Below are positions 37,654-50,252 of a DNA stretch of 64,000 nt, piece after piece. A program made the translations under genes and the position numbers. The notes beneath the pieces were generated by a model that did no database searches, was not told where the DNA came from, and saw nothing but the letters and a program-made list of their open reading frames with translations. The stretch is from Lytechinus pictus (Eukaryota), in NCBI RefSeq assembly GCF_037042905.1, contig NC_087245.1, positions 25,298,001 through 25,362,000 on the forward strand, written 5' to 3'. The number at the start of each line of letters is the position of its first letter. Positions within the stretch are counted from its first letter, which is position 1.

Positions 37654-40600
37654 AATGAGGAAGTGTGGATTTATCCTTTCCACTCGAGCGTGGCCCAGGT
37701 TATAACAGAGTTGAACAATTTCCGCAGAAAACCCAAATCAAATTTATAAGGTCACAGCTAGGCCAGATATTCATGTCAACATTCCTTTTCTAGAGTGAAA
37801 ATCAAATGATTTTCATTTCATCAAGGGCATTGATCAAATGTCTGGTTGAATTCTGAACAGGATGGGTGACTCTTTTTATCAAGGGGCCTGGGATATACAC
37901 ATTGTTTAACGATAGAAAGGTAGATGGTACTAGACAAAATTGAGGAAGTAGAATTTTCCAAGCTTATATAATGATTATATAGCTAAAACAGGACACAAGT
38001 TACATGTAGTTTGTTTGATTTGAAAAAAAAAGGGGCGATTTAGATTAAAGCTTTATTAACATCAAATACAACTGGAATTTCAAATAGATAATAATGCAAA
38101 TAAAGCATCCATGAATTTTGGGATTTCAAACATATCAATTGCTTTGCAATACATTTTGCATACAGGTACTAAAAGATCTTTGATGTATAGGCCCTTCTAG
38201 TTTGTATGCCTCCTGACTGATGTCATGAAGAGGCAATATCTCCGTTCATAGATCACTTGAGTGACTCTTGATGAAACTCTTCATGTGTTTTCAGCATTGT
38301 CTTCTTTCATTTACAAGGCTGTCATAAATTCGCTACATATAAAGGCGGGGACATTAAAAGAGATAGTTATTGTCTATTTATAGAAAAGCACTTGATCCAA
38401 AACAGAAATCATTTATGTTTGAAGAGTGTGATATGATATTGCAGTATTGGACAATAAAGAAGTTGATGTACTCTCTGGAATAAAACTTTCCTGGTGTATA
38501 CTTTTGGAGTAGGCCTATCCTTAAACATGTCCCATGAATGGAATTAAATGCAATTTTAAAAAGGCTTCAATTCACTTTGTCATGAAATGTTCAGAAAATA
38601 CTCTACTCTGCCTGAAAATAATCTTTGGTCCAAAATAAGGCTATAATGTCATTGCTGCTTTCTTTCCCATTTATGTATTTTTTTTTTCTTTTTTTTTTAC
38701 AGTAATTTTCACTGTTCTCTTTTTTTCTTTAGAGGAACCACCCCTCGCCAATCTTTCTCTTTTTCATTTCCCACCAACTTACCTGCTGCCCAAGCATATC
38801 TTGATCTCTAGCCTGTCCTGAAAAACAACCCTGCTTTACATTTTATCTCGCTTCTGAATTCTAATAATAAACCCAGAAAGGTGAGATTTAAGGAGTGACG
38901 TATCCCTTATATTTCACTATCAATCTTCTTACAACTCAATATGAAGGTGTCGACCCGGTCCACATTCTGGTGTATTTGATATAAAGCCTTTTCTATTACA
39001 GGAATGGTATTGGCTTTTTAAGAGAGATTCTGAATTGCTTGATATACATGTAAGAGTTAGACCCCTTTTAAAAATAGCTATCAGCTGATCAGGGCCTATC
39101 TGCCCTACAAGCAGAAAATGATAAATAAACTGTTAAAAAATAAGAATAAATAGGATTGAATCTCAATCTCCCTTCCTCCCCCACTCTCTAATTTTATTTC
39201 TTCTTTTAACCTTTTGATTTTTCACCCCTTTCTCCCTCTTCTTTTTACCCCCTCCCCATTTTCTACCTATAGAGGCTTATCCCTCCTCTCCTCTAACACT
39301 CCCCCTCCCAACATTTGTTTATTTCTCTGTCTCTGTACCCTCATCTGTAATATAACCAACATGGCATCTTCCTGCATCCCCATTTTCTTTATTTTCTGAA
39401 AAATCTGTCACCTGAGTATTTTACATCCATTCCTTTCCTCTCGATGCCGAGATCACCAATACAAACCATCATTTTTTATTGAACAACCAAACAAGTGAGC
39501 TAGGCCTGTAGGCTACACACTCCATAACCTCTATTATTAAAAATCGTTATGCCTCCGAACGGGGCGGGATCCCGGAATACACCCCTGGTAACGTTCACCT
39601 CATCATGGAACATGACATTTCAATTCACTTTTCTCTCAATCTACCACGGTTTATTCCTCTGGCATCGGTGTACATGGAGTCTATTTTTGGTGATGGAACC
39701 ATGCCGAAGCAGCACACCTAGTTCACTGTACTCCTTGAATCTTCCCTGGTTTCCCTTCTATCCAGATGTCCGTAGCCTACGGCGAGAAGAGCAGATAATT
39801 TCATTTTCTGGTGTCTGTAGTGTGTAAGGTGTACACTGTAACTCACCCTTGGCTCCAGATTTTTCTGAAGCTCATAACCAAACAGGCGAGAAGAAGGATT
39901 GAATTGGATTTAAATCATACTGCACTTAGGGAATGATTTTATACTTCTTGTTTACACATCATAGATATGATTTCCTGCCCTTCCTTGCATTGCAAGTGTT
40001 GTTTTGCTGCAGCTCTCAAGATTGTGTCGTGTATTTCCTTTTTTACTACCATCCTGACTTGAAGTAGTTTGTAAATATTTTTTGATGTCCTTTATTTTTG
40101 CTTCATTTATCATGTATGGTCCATCTTTATGCTCCTTTGTCATTTCTGTATAGTCTTTGTTCTTTTTTTCATTTCATGATGAAATACCACAGACAAGTGG
40201 TCTTTGTTCATGAAAGATATTAAGGTTATCTCCAAGCTTGACTGCAATGACTGAAAACGCATTATTTATCAAACTGAAGAGATGATACCCGACTTAAAGA
40301 ATTTATTGTATATTACCATGGACCTACTAGCAATGGTGGGAATACAATAGGATGCAGTTAATAGTCCATTCAGAAAGTTATACTTCAGAAATTGTAAGTT
40401 TCCTTGTGGCAATCACTGCAGAAAGGACAGAAAATGGATTGCACATTTTGAATATGGTTCATCTATTCTATATTTTGTGTGGAATAAGTAGGCCATTAAA
40501 CTGATCTTTTCAGTGAGTTGAATTTCAATTCTTGTCTGCCAGGTTTTGTTATGTATTGCCTTTGGTGTTTAACAATTTTTTCCATTAATAAAGCACATTT

Positions 40601-41753
40601 AAAAATTTCTCAGATAACTTCACAATCATAAACAACAACCACGAATGATTAATTAAACTTAAAGCAATTAAACAATTTTACCATTTTTGTACCACTACTA
40701 ACAAGATGCCAATAATACGTCCGTGTTCGATTAGCTTGCCGATGATTTCTCATCTCTTTTCTATTGATCTTCTTGTGTCAGTATGGTTTGTTTAAGTGAT
40801 GTTTAAACATCTTGTTACAGAAACCTTCGCCTTCACCCCCTGGAAGTGCTTCCTGAAGCAAGGGGCTAACTTCCTATAGACTATGATTAACCAACAACCA
40901 AGGTCATAAAGGGGTACAAAACTGATCAAAACAGCAAGAAAAATGGCACCTCTATATACTGTCCTTTGGTGTTTCAAGTTTGCTCTCTTTGTGTGGTGAT
41001 ATACTTTTAAATGACCAGACCTTATGGCCTCTTCTTTAAAAAAGATTTGCAATTGATTTATGTCAACATCAAAGCAACAGTGCTTTTGAAACCTTTTCTG
41101 AGGAGTAGGTAGGGCTAAGATATAGCACTTTATTCTAAGAACAAGTTTTATGATGGAAATTTGGAAGCGGATGATGGAGAGAGGGAATAGTGAGCCAGTG
41201 ATACAAGATATATTAGAATGAAGGGAGATAGATTGAAAGAAAGAAGTAAAGAAAGAGAGTGAGTGAGAAAGAATGAGAGAGAAAGAATTATTAAAGAAGG
41301 ATATTGAGAAAGGGAAAGGATTTAAGAAAACAAGATGGTGAGAACTCCCCTTCAAAAGAATATAGATTAAGAAAAAATAAACAAAGAAAGGATGAGCAAT
41401 GAAGGAATGCCCTTCAGTGAGAGGAGTAGCCCAAGAATGTCGCCTTGCATGTGATATAAAAGCATTTATGTAGAAAAAAACCAATTGTGGTTATTGGGGT
41501 CCACATCTTTAGAAAAAATCTTTGAATTCATCTCATCATATCAATATTCAAAACAATAATTTTTTTTTGACAAATTGAAAATATGTTTGTATAATATGAG
41601 TCTTTGTCATTATATATTTTCATTTCACAACAAGTAAATGAGGTATTGTATGTTTGTAATAATTTCAGAATGATTATTGATCATCTAAAAATTGTCTTCC
41701 ACTCCAGCCTCACTTATAGCTCATTGTCATTTTAATTTGTTATTGACTTACAG

Positions 41754-41945
41754 GAACAAGACACAACCAATCTCAGCAGCCTTTGAGGAAGCCCAGAAAC
41801 CTGTGACTCCCAAAAGGGTGACATCCCAGAGTCTGAGGGCGAAGAACCCTGATAGGTTCAAGACCCAACCGGTCACACCCGATGAACTCCATAAGATCAG
41901 ACAGATGATGGACCCAGTGCAGACCACCAGTTCTATCAAGGATAG
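41754..41945 (+). CDS. SVIL: Supervillin exon (R-NKTQPISAAFEE...DRFKTQPVTPDEL...SIKD-R)
   Basis: TTACAG acceptor, AG|GTAAGA donor, 192 nt, phase 2-2. Confidence 0.93.
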
Positions 41946-44310
41946 GTAAGAGCGTGGGAGACAGTTCATGTGGCACATTGCAAGTAAAGAATGTCCTTTA
42001 GATAGGGTAGGCAGTTCATGCAGGTAAAGGACATCTATGAGAGAGCTGGGTAGGCAGTTCATGCAGGTAAAGGACATCTATGAGAGAGCTGGGTAGGCAG
42101 TTCATGTGGCACATTGCAAGTCAAGAATGTCCATCAGATAGCAGGATAGGCATTACATTTGGCGCATTGCAAGTAAAGGACTTCTACAGTGTATGAGCGA
42201 ACTGGGTAGGCAGTTCATGTGGCACATTGCAAGTAAAGAATGTCCTTTAGATAGGGTAGGCAGTTCATTTGGCGCATTGCAAGTAAAGAATGTCCATCAG
42301 ATAACAGGGTAGGTAGTTCATTTGGCGCATTGCAAGTAAAGGACTTCTACAGTGTATGAGCGAACTGGGTAGGCAGTTCATGTGGCACATTGCAAGTAAA
42401 GAATGTCCATCAGATAGCAGGATAGGCAGTTCATTTGGCGCATTGCAAGTAAAGGACTTCTACAGTGTATGAGCGAACTGGGTAGGCAGTTCATGTGGCA
42501 CATTGCAAGTAAAGAATGTCCATCAGATAGCAGGATAGGCAGTTCATTTGGCGCATTGCAAGTAAAGGACTTCTACAGTGTATGAGCGAACTGGGTAGGC
42601 AGTTCATGTGGCACATTGCAAGTAAAGAATGTCCTTTAGATAGGGTAGGCAGTTCATTTGGCGCATTGCAAGTAAAGAATGTCCATCAGATAACAGGGTA
42701 GGTAGTTCATTTGGCGCATTGCAAGTAAAGGACTTCTACAGTGTATGAGCGAACTGGGTAGGCAGTTCATGTGGCACATTGCAAGTAAAGAATGTCCTTT
42801 AGATAGGGTAGGCAGTTCATGCAGGTAAAGGACATCTATGAGAGAGCTGGGTAGGCAGTTCATGTGGCACATTGCAAGTAAAGGACTTCTACAGTGTATG
42901 AGCAAACTGGGTAGGCAGTTCATGTGGCGCATGGCAAGTAAAGAATGTCCATCAGATAGCAGGATAGGCAGTTTATTTGGCGCATTGCAAGTAAAGGACT
43001 TCTACAGTGTATGAGCGAACTGGGTAGGTAGTTCATGTGGCACATTGCAAGTAAAGAATGTCCATCAGATAGCAGGATAGGCAGTTCACAGGGCACTTGG
43101 CAAGTCAAGAATGTCCATCAGATAGCAGGATAGGCAGTTCATATGGAACATAGCAAGTAAAGGACTTCTATGAGAGAGCTGGGTAGGCAGTTGATGTGGC
43201 ACATTGCAAGTAAAGAATGTCCATCAGATAACAGGATAGGCAGTACATTTGGCGCATTGAAAGTAAAGGACTTCTACAGTGTATGAGCGAACTGGGTAGG
43301 CAGTTCATATGGCACATTGCAAGTAAAGAATGTCCATCAGATAGCAGGATAGGCAGTTCATTTGGCGCATTGAAAGTAAAGGACTTCTACAGTGTATGAG
43401 CGAACTGGGTAGGCAGTTCATATGGCACATTGCAAGTAAAGAATGTCCATCAGATAGCAGGATAGGCATTACATTTGGCGCATTGCAAGTAAAGGACTTC
43501 TACAGTGTATGAGCGAACTGGGTAGGCAGTTCATGTGGCACATTGCAAGTAAAGAATGTCCTTTAGATAGGGTAGGCAGTTCATTTGGCGCATTGCAAGT
43601 CAAGAATGTCCATCAGATAGCAGAATAGGCAGTTCATATGGAACATAGCAAGTAAAGGACTTCTATGAGAGAGCTGGGTAGGCAGTTGATGTGGCACATT
43701 GCAAGTAAAGAATGTCCATCAGATAACAGGATAGGCAGTACATTTGGCGCATTGAAAGTAAAGGACTTCTACAGTGTATGAGCGAACTGGGTAGGCAGTT
43801 CATATGGCACATTGCAAGTAAAGAATGTCCATCAGATAGCAGGATAGGCAGTTCATTTGGCGCATTGAAAGTAAAGGACTTCTACAGTGTATGAGCGAAC
43901 TGGGTAGGCAGTTCATTTGGCACATTGCAAGTAAAGAATGTCCATCAGATAGCAGAATAGGCAGTTTATTTGGCGCATTGCAAGTAAAGGACTTCTGTGA
44001 GAGAACTGGGTAGGCAGTTCATTTGGCACATTGCAAGTAAAGAATGTCCATCAGATAGCAGGATAGGCAGTTCATTTGGCGCATTGCAAGTAAAGGACTT
44101 CTACAGTGTATGAGCGAACTGGGTAGGCAGTTCATTTGGCACATTGCAAGTAAAGAATGTCCATCAGATAGCAGAATAGGCAGTTTATTTGGCGCATTGC
44201 AAGTAAAGGACTTCTGTGAGAGAACTGGGTAGGCAGTTCACAGGGCACTTGGCATGTAAAGAAAGTCTATCCTTGAGCAGGATGGGAAGTTTATAGGACA
44301 AGTAAAGAAA
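41946..44310. repeat. Intronic minisatellite: alternating ~53-bp and ~60-bp related monomers (113-bp dimer) with higher-order blocks
   Basis: Core GG(G/A)TAGGCAGTTCAT(G/T)TGGC(A/G)CATTGCAAGTAAAG followed by AATGTCCATCAGATAGCA or GACTTCTACAGTGTATGAGCGAACT; period 113 (42367 to 42480); roughly 40 monomers. Confidence 0.97.
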
Positions 44311-45414
44311 GCCTAGGGGAACTTGTTTTAGGGAAGGGCTAGGAGGAGATGAGAAGTAATAGGATTGCTTAACTGACAAAGTCCTGTCTTTTGCCAATAT
44401 GTAGGAATAGCCTTAGAAATGCAGCATCCTCAATAAGTCTGACATTCTGACTTGCAGACATGTGTAAACTATTTGTGATGACACCTTCATTTTGATGCTA
44501 ACATAATTGTTGAAAATAAAAAAAATTATCCCTCTGTAAAGGAATTAAACCTGAAACATGTATAGTGCTCATTTGTCATAGGTTTACAAACCATGTAGTT
44601 TAGACTTCTATCACTTTTTACGGCATTCTATATTTTTCTTAAAACGTGGATAGTTCTAAATATTTTGCTTTACTAAGAAGTAGAGATTGTAAAATAAGAA
44701 ATTCATTGATATTGCCAATTTGCCCTCTGGGTGGCACAGTTAACTGGTAAGGATCATTAGGCGCATTTATTACGATTAATGCCTCTCAAAGGTGATTCAA
44801 TCATGGATAGGACAACACAATTATAATGGTATGGGCTGAATAATATATTGCCTTCTTTTCAGCCCCATCCCTGATAGATCTTTCAAAGGCTGTTGCACCG
44901 GAGTGGATTTACATTTTTTTCCTCGTTTGATGTATCGTACCAACATCAAAGTACCAACAGAAAAAAAAGCTATTTTGAGATCTTTTCAACCGCTCCCCCT
45001 GTTTCTCAACCTGTCTCCCACCCTCACAAAAGTGTTGTCATAAACAAGCATGCACCAATTTTCTGTTTTTTTACTTTAAATAAATTTGTATATGGAATGC
45101 TAAAAGGGAAATTAATTCAACCCAATTTGTACCCCTTTAGTGCATTTTTTTAAAATAATAGGGTAACACTGTTTAAAATGTACATGGTCACACTTTTTAA
45201 CACGGGGCCATCCACCAATAAGAAGAATCCAGTTTGTAGATCTATTCTGCACATGATCAGAAGTCATAAGTACAAAGTACTTAAAATTATTCTTAAACTA
45301 GCGAAATCTTGAATTTATGATAAACATTGTCTATATAAACTCTTTATGACAGAATGTTTGGTTTTTAACAGTTTAGTCATTGTTTGAATTTGATTTTCCT
45401 TTTCGTCCATACAG

Positions 45415-45550
45415 ATTAAAAGCCTTGCAGATAAATGGGGAGGAAGGATGGAAAAAGAGAATCAGCAAGTATGAGGACTCTCCTCAGTCAGGACTCAAAG
45501 AGAGATTAAATCTTCTCAACCATAACAGTAAATTTGAGAAGAATGATGAG
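45415..45550 (+). CDS. SVIL: Supervillin exon (LKALQINGEEGWKKRI...EKNDE)
   Basis: ATACAG acceptor, GAG|GTAATT donor, phase 2-0. Completes the SIKDRLKAL...WKKR supervillin motif. Confidence 0.92.
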
Positions 45551-46288
45551 GTAATTACAAGCAATGGTCCAATGCATTGGTATTGATGTCAGTATTTGAC
45601 TGTTTAGATGTTCCTTGTTCATAAATATATTGCATATATTTGATCATGCTAAGAATTACTGGTCTTGTATTACATTTCAAAGCTTTGTAAGATTTATTTA
45701 CTTCCAGAATGAATCATTAAATAAGAATGATAATGTAAGGTTCCCAGTCCCATTTTTTTTCTTCGTCTTTTTTTTTTTTTTGGGGGGGGGATGGGCCAAA
45801 TACTTTGTTTTATATTTCTGTAGACTGTCTGAAGTAGTGATCTGTTTTGATCAAGTTTTTCAGTGTACAGGACAAAAATAGATGCAGCCATTTTCACGCC
45901 GACTTAAAACTGAGAAAACCTGGTATTCTCCGATCAGGAAATATACTCCAATCACACGATACCCAGGGGCCGTTTCATAAAGCTGTTAGAGCAACTTTGA
46001 GAACGACTGGTGAACCTTTCTTGTGCACATAACCATCGCCAACGAATATACCATTTTTACCACAAGAAAGGATCACCAGTTGTTCACATGTGTATTTGGG
46101 TGATCGGGTCGGTATGAGAGCACCTTTTCAGATCTGTTATCTTGCAAATTCATGAGCAATCATTATTGCAGCACTGTTCTCACAACCAGTCAATATTGTT
46201 TATTGGTAATATGGTGTTTGATTCTGTATGCAATCACTTTAGTTTAAAAAAATCAATATTTTAAAAATTGAATTGATGTTTTTTGTAG

Positions 46289-46520
46289 GTGGATGACTTG
46301 CCAAACAACCAGGGTAGTATATCAGAGAGGTTACAAGCCCTCAAGGAAGACGGGACGGCTTGGAGGAAGAGGATAGAGGAGAAGGATGTCGATAACTTCA
46401 CTGTCAGCGGGAAACTGAAGCAAGCGGGTAAAGTGAGTTCCGATGAAGCCGAAACGAAACCACAAACCAAACTCAAGAGGGCAGGTAGCAATCGTAAACC
46501 CAGACCGGGATCATTTAGGA
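46289..46520 (+). CDS. SVIL: Supervillin exon (VDDLPNNQGSISERLQALKEDGTAWRKRIEEKDVDNFTVSGKL...)
   Basis: TTGTAG acceptor, A|GTGAGT donor, phase 0-1. Confidence 0.92.
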
Positions 46521-46770
46521 GTGAGTATTCAAATTTAGCTTTTATTCACTGTTTTTTTAATGCCAGTTGTATTGATCTTAAAGTGAGTTTGAAGAAAATC
46601 CAATAAAATTTACCACTCAAGTGCTTGTACATTTGTATACATGCAAAATATGCAAAATGATTCTGGAAAAAATGTGTAATTGCTGAGAAATGAAATGACA
46701 ATTATGTGTACTTTGTTTTACTGATTTTGTTTTTAATCACCTGCATATTGATTGTTATCTTTCATTACAG

Positions 46771-46824
46771 TAACAATAAAAAGAACAGATAGCGATGCCA
46801 GTATAAACAGCGATTCACAATCAT
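46771..46824 (+). CDS. SVIL: Small 54-nt symmetric supervillin exon (ITIKRTDSDASINSDSQS)
   Basis: TTACAG acceptor, T|GTAAGT donor, phase 1-1, open frame. Could be skipped without a frameshift. Confidence 0.75.
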
Positions 46825-47220
46825 GTAAGTATTTATCTTTGCTTAATCTTTATGCATTACTACTAGAAACATACATGTACATGTCTGGGACCCCGGATCA
46901 GCTGTGGATGGAAAAAAAAATATATTGTGACCTTACTTTAATAAGTTATAAAAATGTGTGATAGTGGAGTATGTATTTCAGACTTGATATTAATTACTGT
47001 TTATGTTATACCTGTGGTAATATGATAATTTAGCAAAGTGCAATTTTAAGAAAATACTTCTGCAGTACTAGACCTTTGCATAGTTGTATAAAGCTGTTTT
47101 TATGATAATTCCAAATGTTTATTTGCCGCAGTTTCTAGGAAACACAAGAGGTCATATCAGGATGTCCTTTGGAAGGTGTACAAGTCATTGTTAAATTGGT
47201 TTCTTTTCCTTTTCTTTTAG

Positions 47221-47524
47221 CAAAACAAGAAAATGGAATGACGAGCAGTGGCCTTACAACGACGACGACAGAATCTGAGGACTCCGAGCCAGACTTCAGA
47301 ATCATCAGAAAAACAGTTACTGTGATGAAACCAGATGATGAAGGCTTCACGGATTTCTTTGCAAGCTCGTCGCAGTTTATGGAGGAGACAATCACGCCCT
47401 CATCGACAGCGAAGACGACAACGACGATGTCATCGAAGAGCATCACTAAGAAGGTAGAGAAGGATACATTGCAGGTCTCAGTCTCTGATTTTGATGCCCT
47501 CACAGAAAGCACTGGACGCAGCAG
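47221..47524 (+). CDS. SVIL: Supervillin exon (KQENG...KTVTVMKPDDEGFTDFF...DFDALTESTGRS)
   Basis: Strong poly-Y TTTTAG acceptor, AG|GTAAAA donor, phase 1-2. Confidence 0.9.
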
Positions 47525-48168
47525 GTAAAAACTTGTTTAGTTTTTTATCTTTATTAATCGTGGAAATTCCCTTTAACTTTCCTTCTTGATTACAAGAATC
47601 ACAAGGCTTTTGTGTACTGAGTCAGCTGTAATATATAGTTTTCATTTCTTGGAATTCAATGCAAAATTTCCTGCAGTCTGTGTATACAGGCACAGCTGTT
47701 CATGTTTACTTTTCTTGTTGTGAAATGGGACTCATGAAAATGTATCAGTTAATATTATAAAGATTTTTTATTTTAGAAATGTGTAAAAATTTACATGAAA
47801 AGCATAGCAGAGTATAATATTCATAGGCCTGTGGGTCTTTTCCTAATGATTAAAAGTAGAATATACAGTGAACAAATTGACCTCTACACTAGAGGAACAT
47901 TTGAGCCAGGTCGAAGTAAAAAAAAACCTACATTTTTCTTAACATTATGGTATTCAGACAGTTATCTATCATTTTAATCTTATTGTTTCTATATCTTATT
48001 TTGCAAATCAAAACTTTATTTCAATATGGTCATTTAACCATGCAGTAGTCATGTACATTTAGTTTGAATCAATTCTATAAAGTTGTTACCAATCTCTTTT
48101 TCTTGTTTGTTTAGTAGTATTAGTCACCAGAACTATTTTCAATATGTCTTTTCTTTGATTCTGTTTAG

Positions 48169-48338
48169 CCTTGGTGTAGCCTCGTCACACAGAAGATCCC
48201 TTAGGCCACAAAGAAGGACGAGACCTTCAGCAAACCCCCTAAAAACAATGAAAGGCAGGCCCAACATTGTATCCGAATACACAGAGGAGAGGGTAGAACT
48301 GGCCGAGGTCCCAGAGAAAAAGAAGTCAAAGTCTGAAT
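48169..48338 (+). CDS. SVIL: Supervillin exon (LGVASSHRRSLRPQRRTRPSANPLK...EYTEER...)
   Basis: TTTAG acceptor, T|GTAAGT donor, phase 2-1. Confidence 0.92.
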
Positions 48339-48807
48339 GTAAGTGGGCTTTGTGAATGAAAATCTTGAATTTTAGCTTGTAGATATTGATGGTTTGTGTG
48401 CTATAATCACCTAATTTTCCGCATTTATTATGATTATATGGTAACTGGGAAGACTTAAAGATATATTTTTTGAATGATAGGAAGAGAATAAGTTGCATTA
48501 CATAGAGATAAGAATGATGATATATTACTGTTAGCGCTTAGTAGATTTGTTTGTCTGATTAAGAATTTTACAGTTATAAACATTATTGTTATAATGCATT
48601 GTATGAAGAAGATTTTATTTGAGTAGTAAGAGAAACAATGAATATACCGGTAGCTAAATATAACATGAGAGGGAACAAAAACTATCAGAAACATTCCAGA
48701 TGTTAAAAAAATTCTTGGTAGATGTATGTGTAAAGGCGGAGTAATTTCAAAGAAAATGTTTGCCTAGATATTGGTCAACATTGATTTATATCTCTCTTTT
48801 TTTCTAG

Positions 48808-48972
48808 CACGCAAAGAAAATGCAAGCAAGGCTGCTAGGGCGGGTCTAGCCAGTAAGGAAGACATAGCACAAGGGAAGACGAAGCTCACTACAGTGAAAG
48901 ATGTAAGGGAGATGGGCGGTACTTTATCAGAGCTATTACCATACAAAGAACTCATGCTTATACATGTCAAAG
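48808..48972 (+). CDS. SVIL: Supervillin exon (RKENASKAARAGLASKED...LLPYKELMLIHVK-G)
   Basis: TTCTAG acceptor, AAG|GTAAGA donor, phase 1-1. Confidence 0.94.
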
Positions 48973-49523
48973 GTAAGATAATAGTTTCACTTTGATTTTT
49001 TTTTCTCCACAATTTCATCATATTTACATGATAATATTCATTTTTACTATTGTAAAATCTGTGTATAAAGACTGCTCAAGGGTGCTAGCAAAAGTATTTT
49101 TTGTGTGAGCAGGCGGTCTTAATGGATAGGTTCTTATAGTACATGCTTCAATTTCGAAATCTATCCAAGGGGAACCAACTTGATATTTGTGTAGCTAGGT
49201 GGTCCCTTTTCTCTTTGGGGGGGGGGGATTGGTTAGTTAAGCTGGTTCTATTTAATGTAGCATATTAATCATATAACATATTTAACATATTTAATGTTCA
49301 TGTTTAGCTCTTTTGAAACTGGGAAAAAACCAACCAAACACAAATTTTGATAAATGTGTAATTATAAGGTGGTTTAGAGTATATACTGACTCTTTTTTCT
49401 CCAAGGTGAGTTGTTGCTAAAAAATTTCATTCAATTTTTTTTTAATGTTTGGTTTCGAATATCATCCTCATATAAAGGGAATAGGTATATATATAGTTTT
49501 TTCAGAAGATAAGGATAAATATC

Positions 49524-49663
49524 TTTAAACTCTTTGTGCGCTGGACCATGAACCCATCTGTATTTTCAGGGAGGGAAACAATGCATTTTTTGTTGAGTGT
49601 GAAATGCGAAGTTCGCACGGCACCGAGTGTGCATTGGTGCGAAGTACGCGTGGAAAGGGTTAA
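49524..49663. mobile_element. Possible degenerate piggyBac-like MITE
   Basis: Right end ...ACGCGTGGAAAGGG|TTAA; weak left end TTAA|ACTCTTTGTGCGC. Confidence 0.4.
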
Positions 49664-49834
49664 TGGAATGAAGATTGCCATGCGTGTCAACATAAGGATG
49701 TGATATAAAATATAAGACTCTGCTTAAAGCCAGCAGAGAGGTTACAGAGAGAAGTGTCTATGCTTCAAGCAAGTTTTTGCAAGTCAAAATTTCTGTTTGA
49801 CACTAAATCCTATCCTGTCCTTGGTGGTGAACAG

Positions 49835-49971
49835 GTCGAAGGTTTGTCCAAGTGCGATTGGTTGAGCCGAAGATGACATCACTCAACAGCGGGGATTGTT
49901 TTATCTTGGTGTCACCTGCAGATATCTTCCTCTGGATAGGAGAGTATGCCAACGTCATTGAGAAATGCAAG
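49835..49971 (+). CDS. SVIL: Supervillin gelsolin-repeat exon ([46 protein letters not shown]); absent from ORF track
   Basis: AACAG acceptor, AAG|GTGAGT donor, phase 1-0. Classic gelsolin-repeat motif [13 protein letters not shown]. Confidence 0.96.
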
Positions 49972-50019
49972 GTGAGTAGGGGGAAAGGATCTTCAGATTA
50001 CAGAATTAGATAGCTAGTA

Positions 50020-50252
50020 GCGGTGTTGCAAGAAACATGCAATCGATTGCAAGGTAGTCCTAAAATTAATCACAAGTTTGTGAATTGGGAATTTGCAATT
50101 GAATGCTGTTCTGCTTCTAGCATTGAAAAGTTAAAATTGATTTGCTTTTAGTTTAAATCGATCTGTCATTTGTGAATTAACAACTGAAATTTGGAATCAA
50201 TTTCATAATGTTTCCTTGCAATAGATTACAAATATTTTCTTGCAATACCCCC
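50020..50252. mobile_element. Degenerate palindromic MITE
   Basis: GGTGTTGCAAGAAACATGCAATCGATTGCAAG ... CTTGCAATAGATTACAAATATTTTCTTGCAATACCCC. Confidence 0.6.

Noticed and set aside
39835..39880. Minus-strand ATG and GG|GTGAGT donor suggesting a nested antisense gene
   Set aside because: Only 10 codons, and I found no downstream antisense coding exons.
40792..41484. 230-aa minus-strand ORF
   Set aside because: It is the antisense reading of GA-rich low-complexity intron sequence, has a non-ATG start, and shows no recognisable domain.
41946..44310. CRISPR-like repeat/spacer appearance
   Set aside because: The 'spacers' are only a few recurring variants rather than unique sequences. There are no cas genes and it sits in a eukaryotic intron. 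It is a minisatellite.
42654..44397. Minus-strand Cys/His/Met-rich repeat ORFs
   Set aside because: These are translations of the minisatellite, with frames broken by unit lengths that are not multiples of three.
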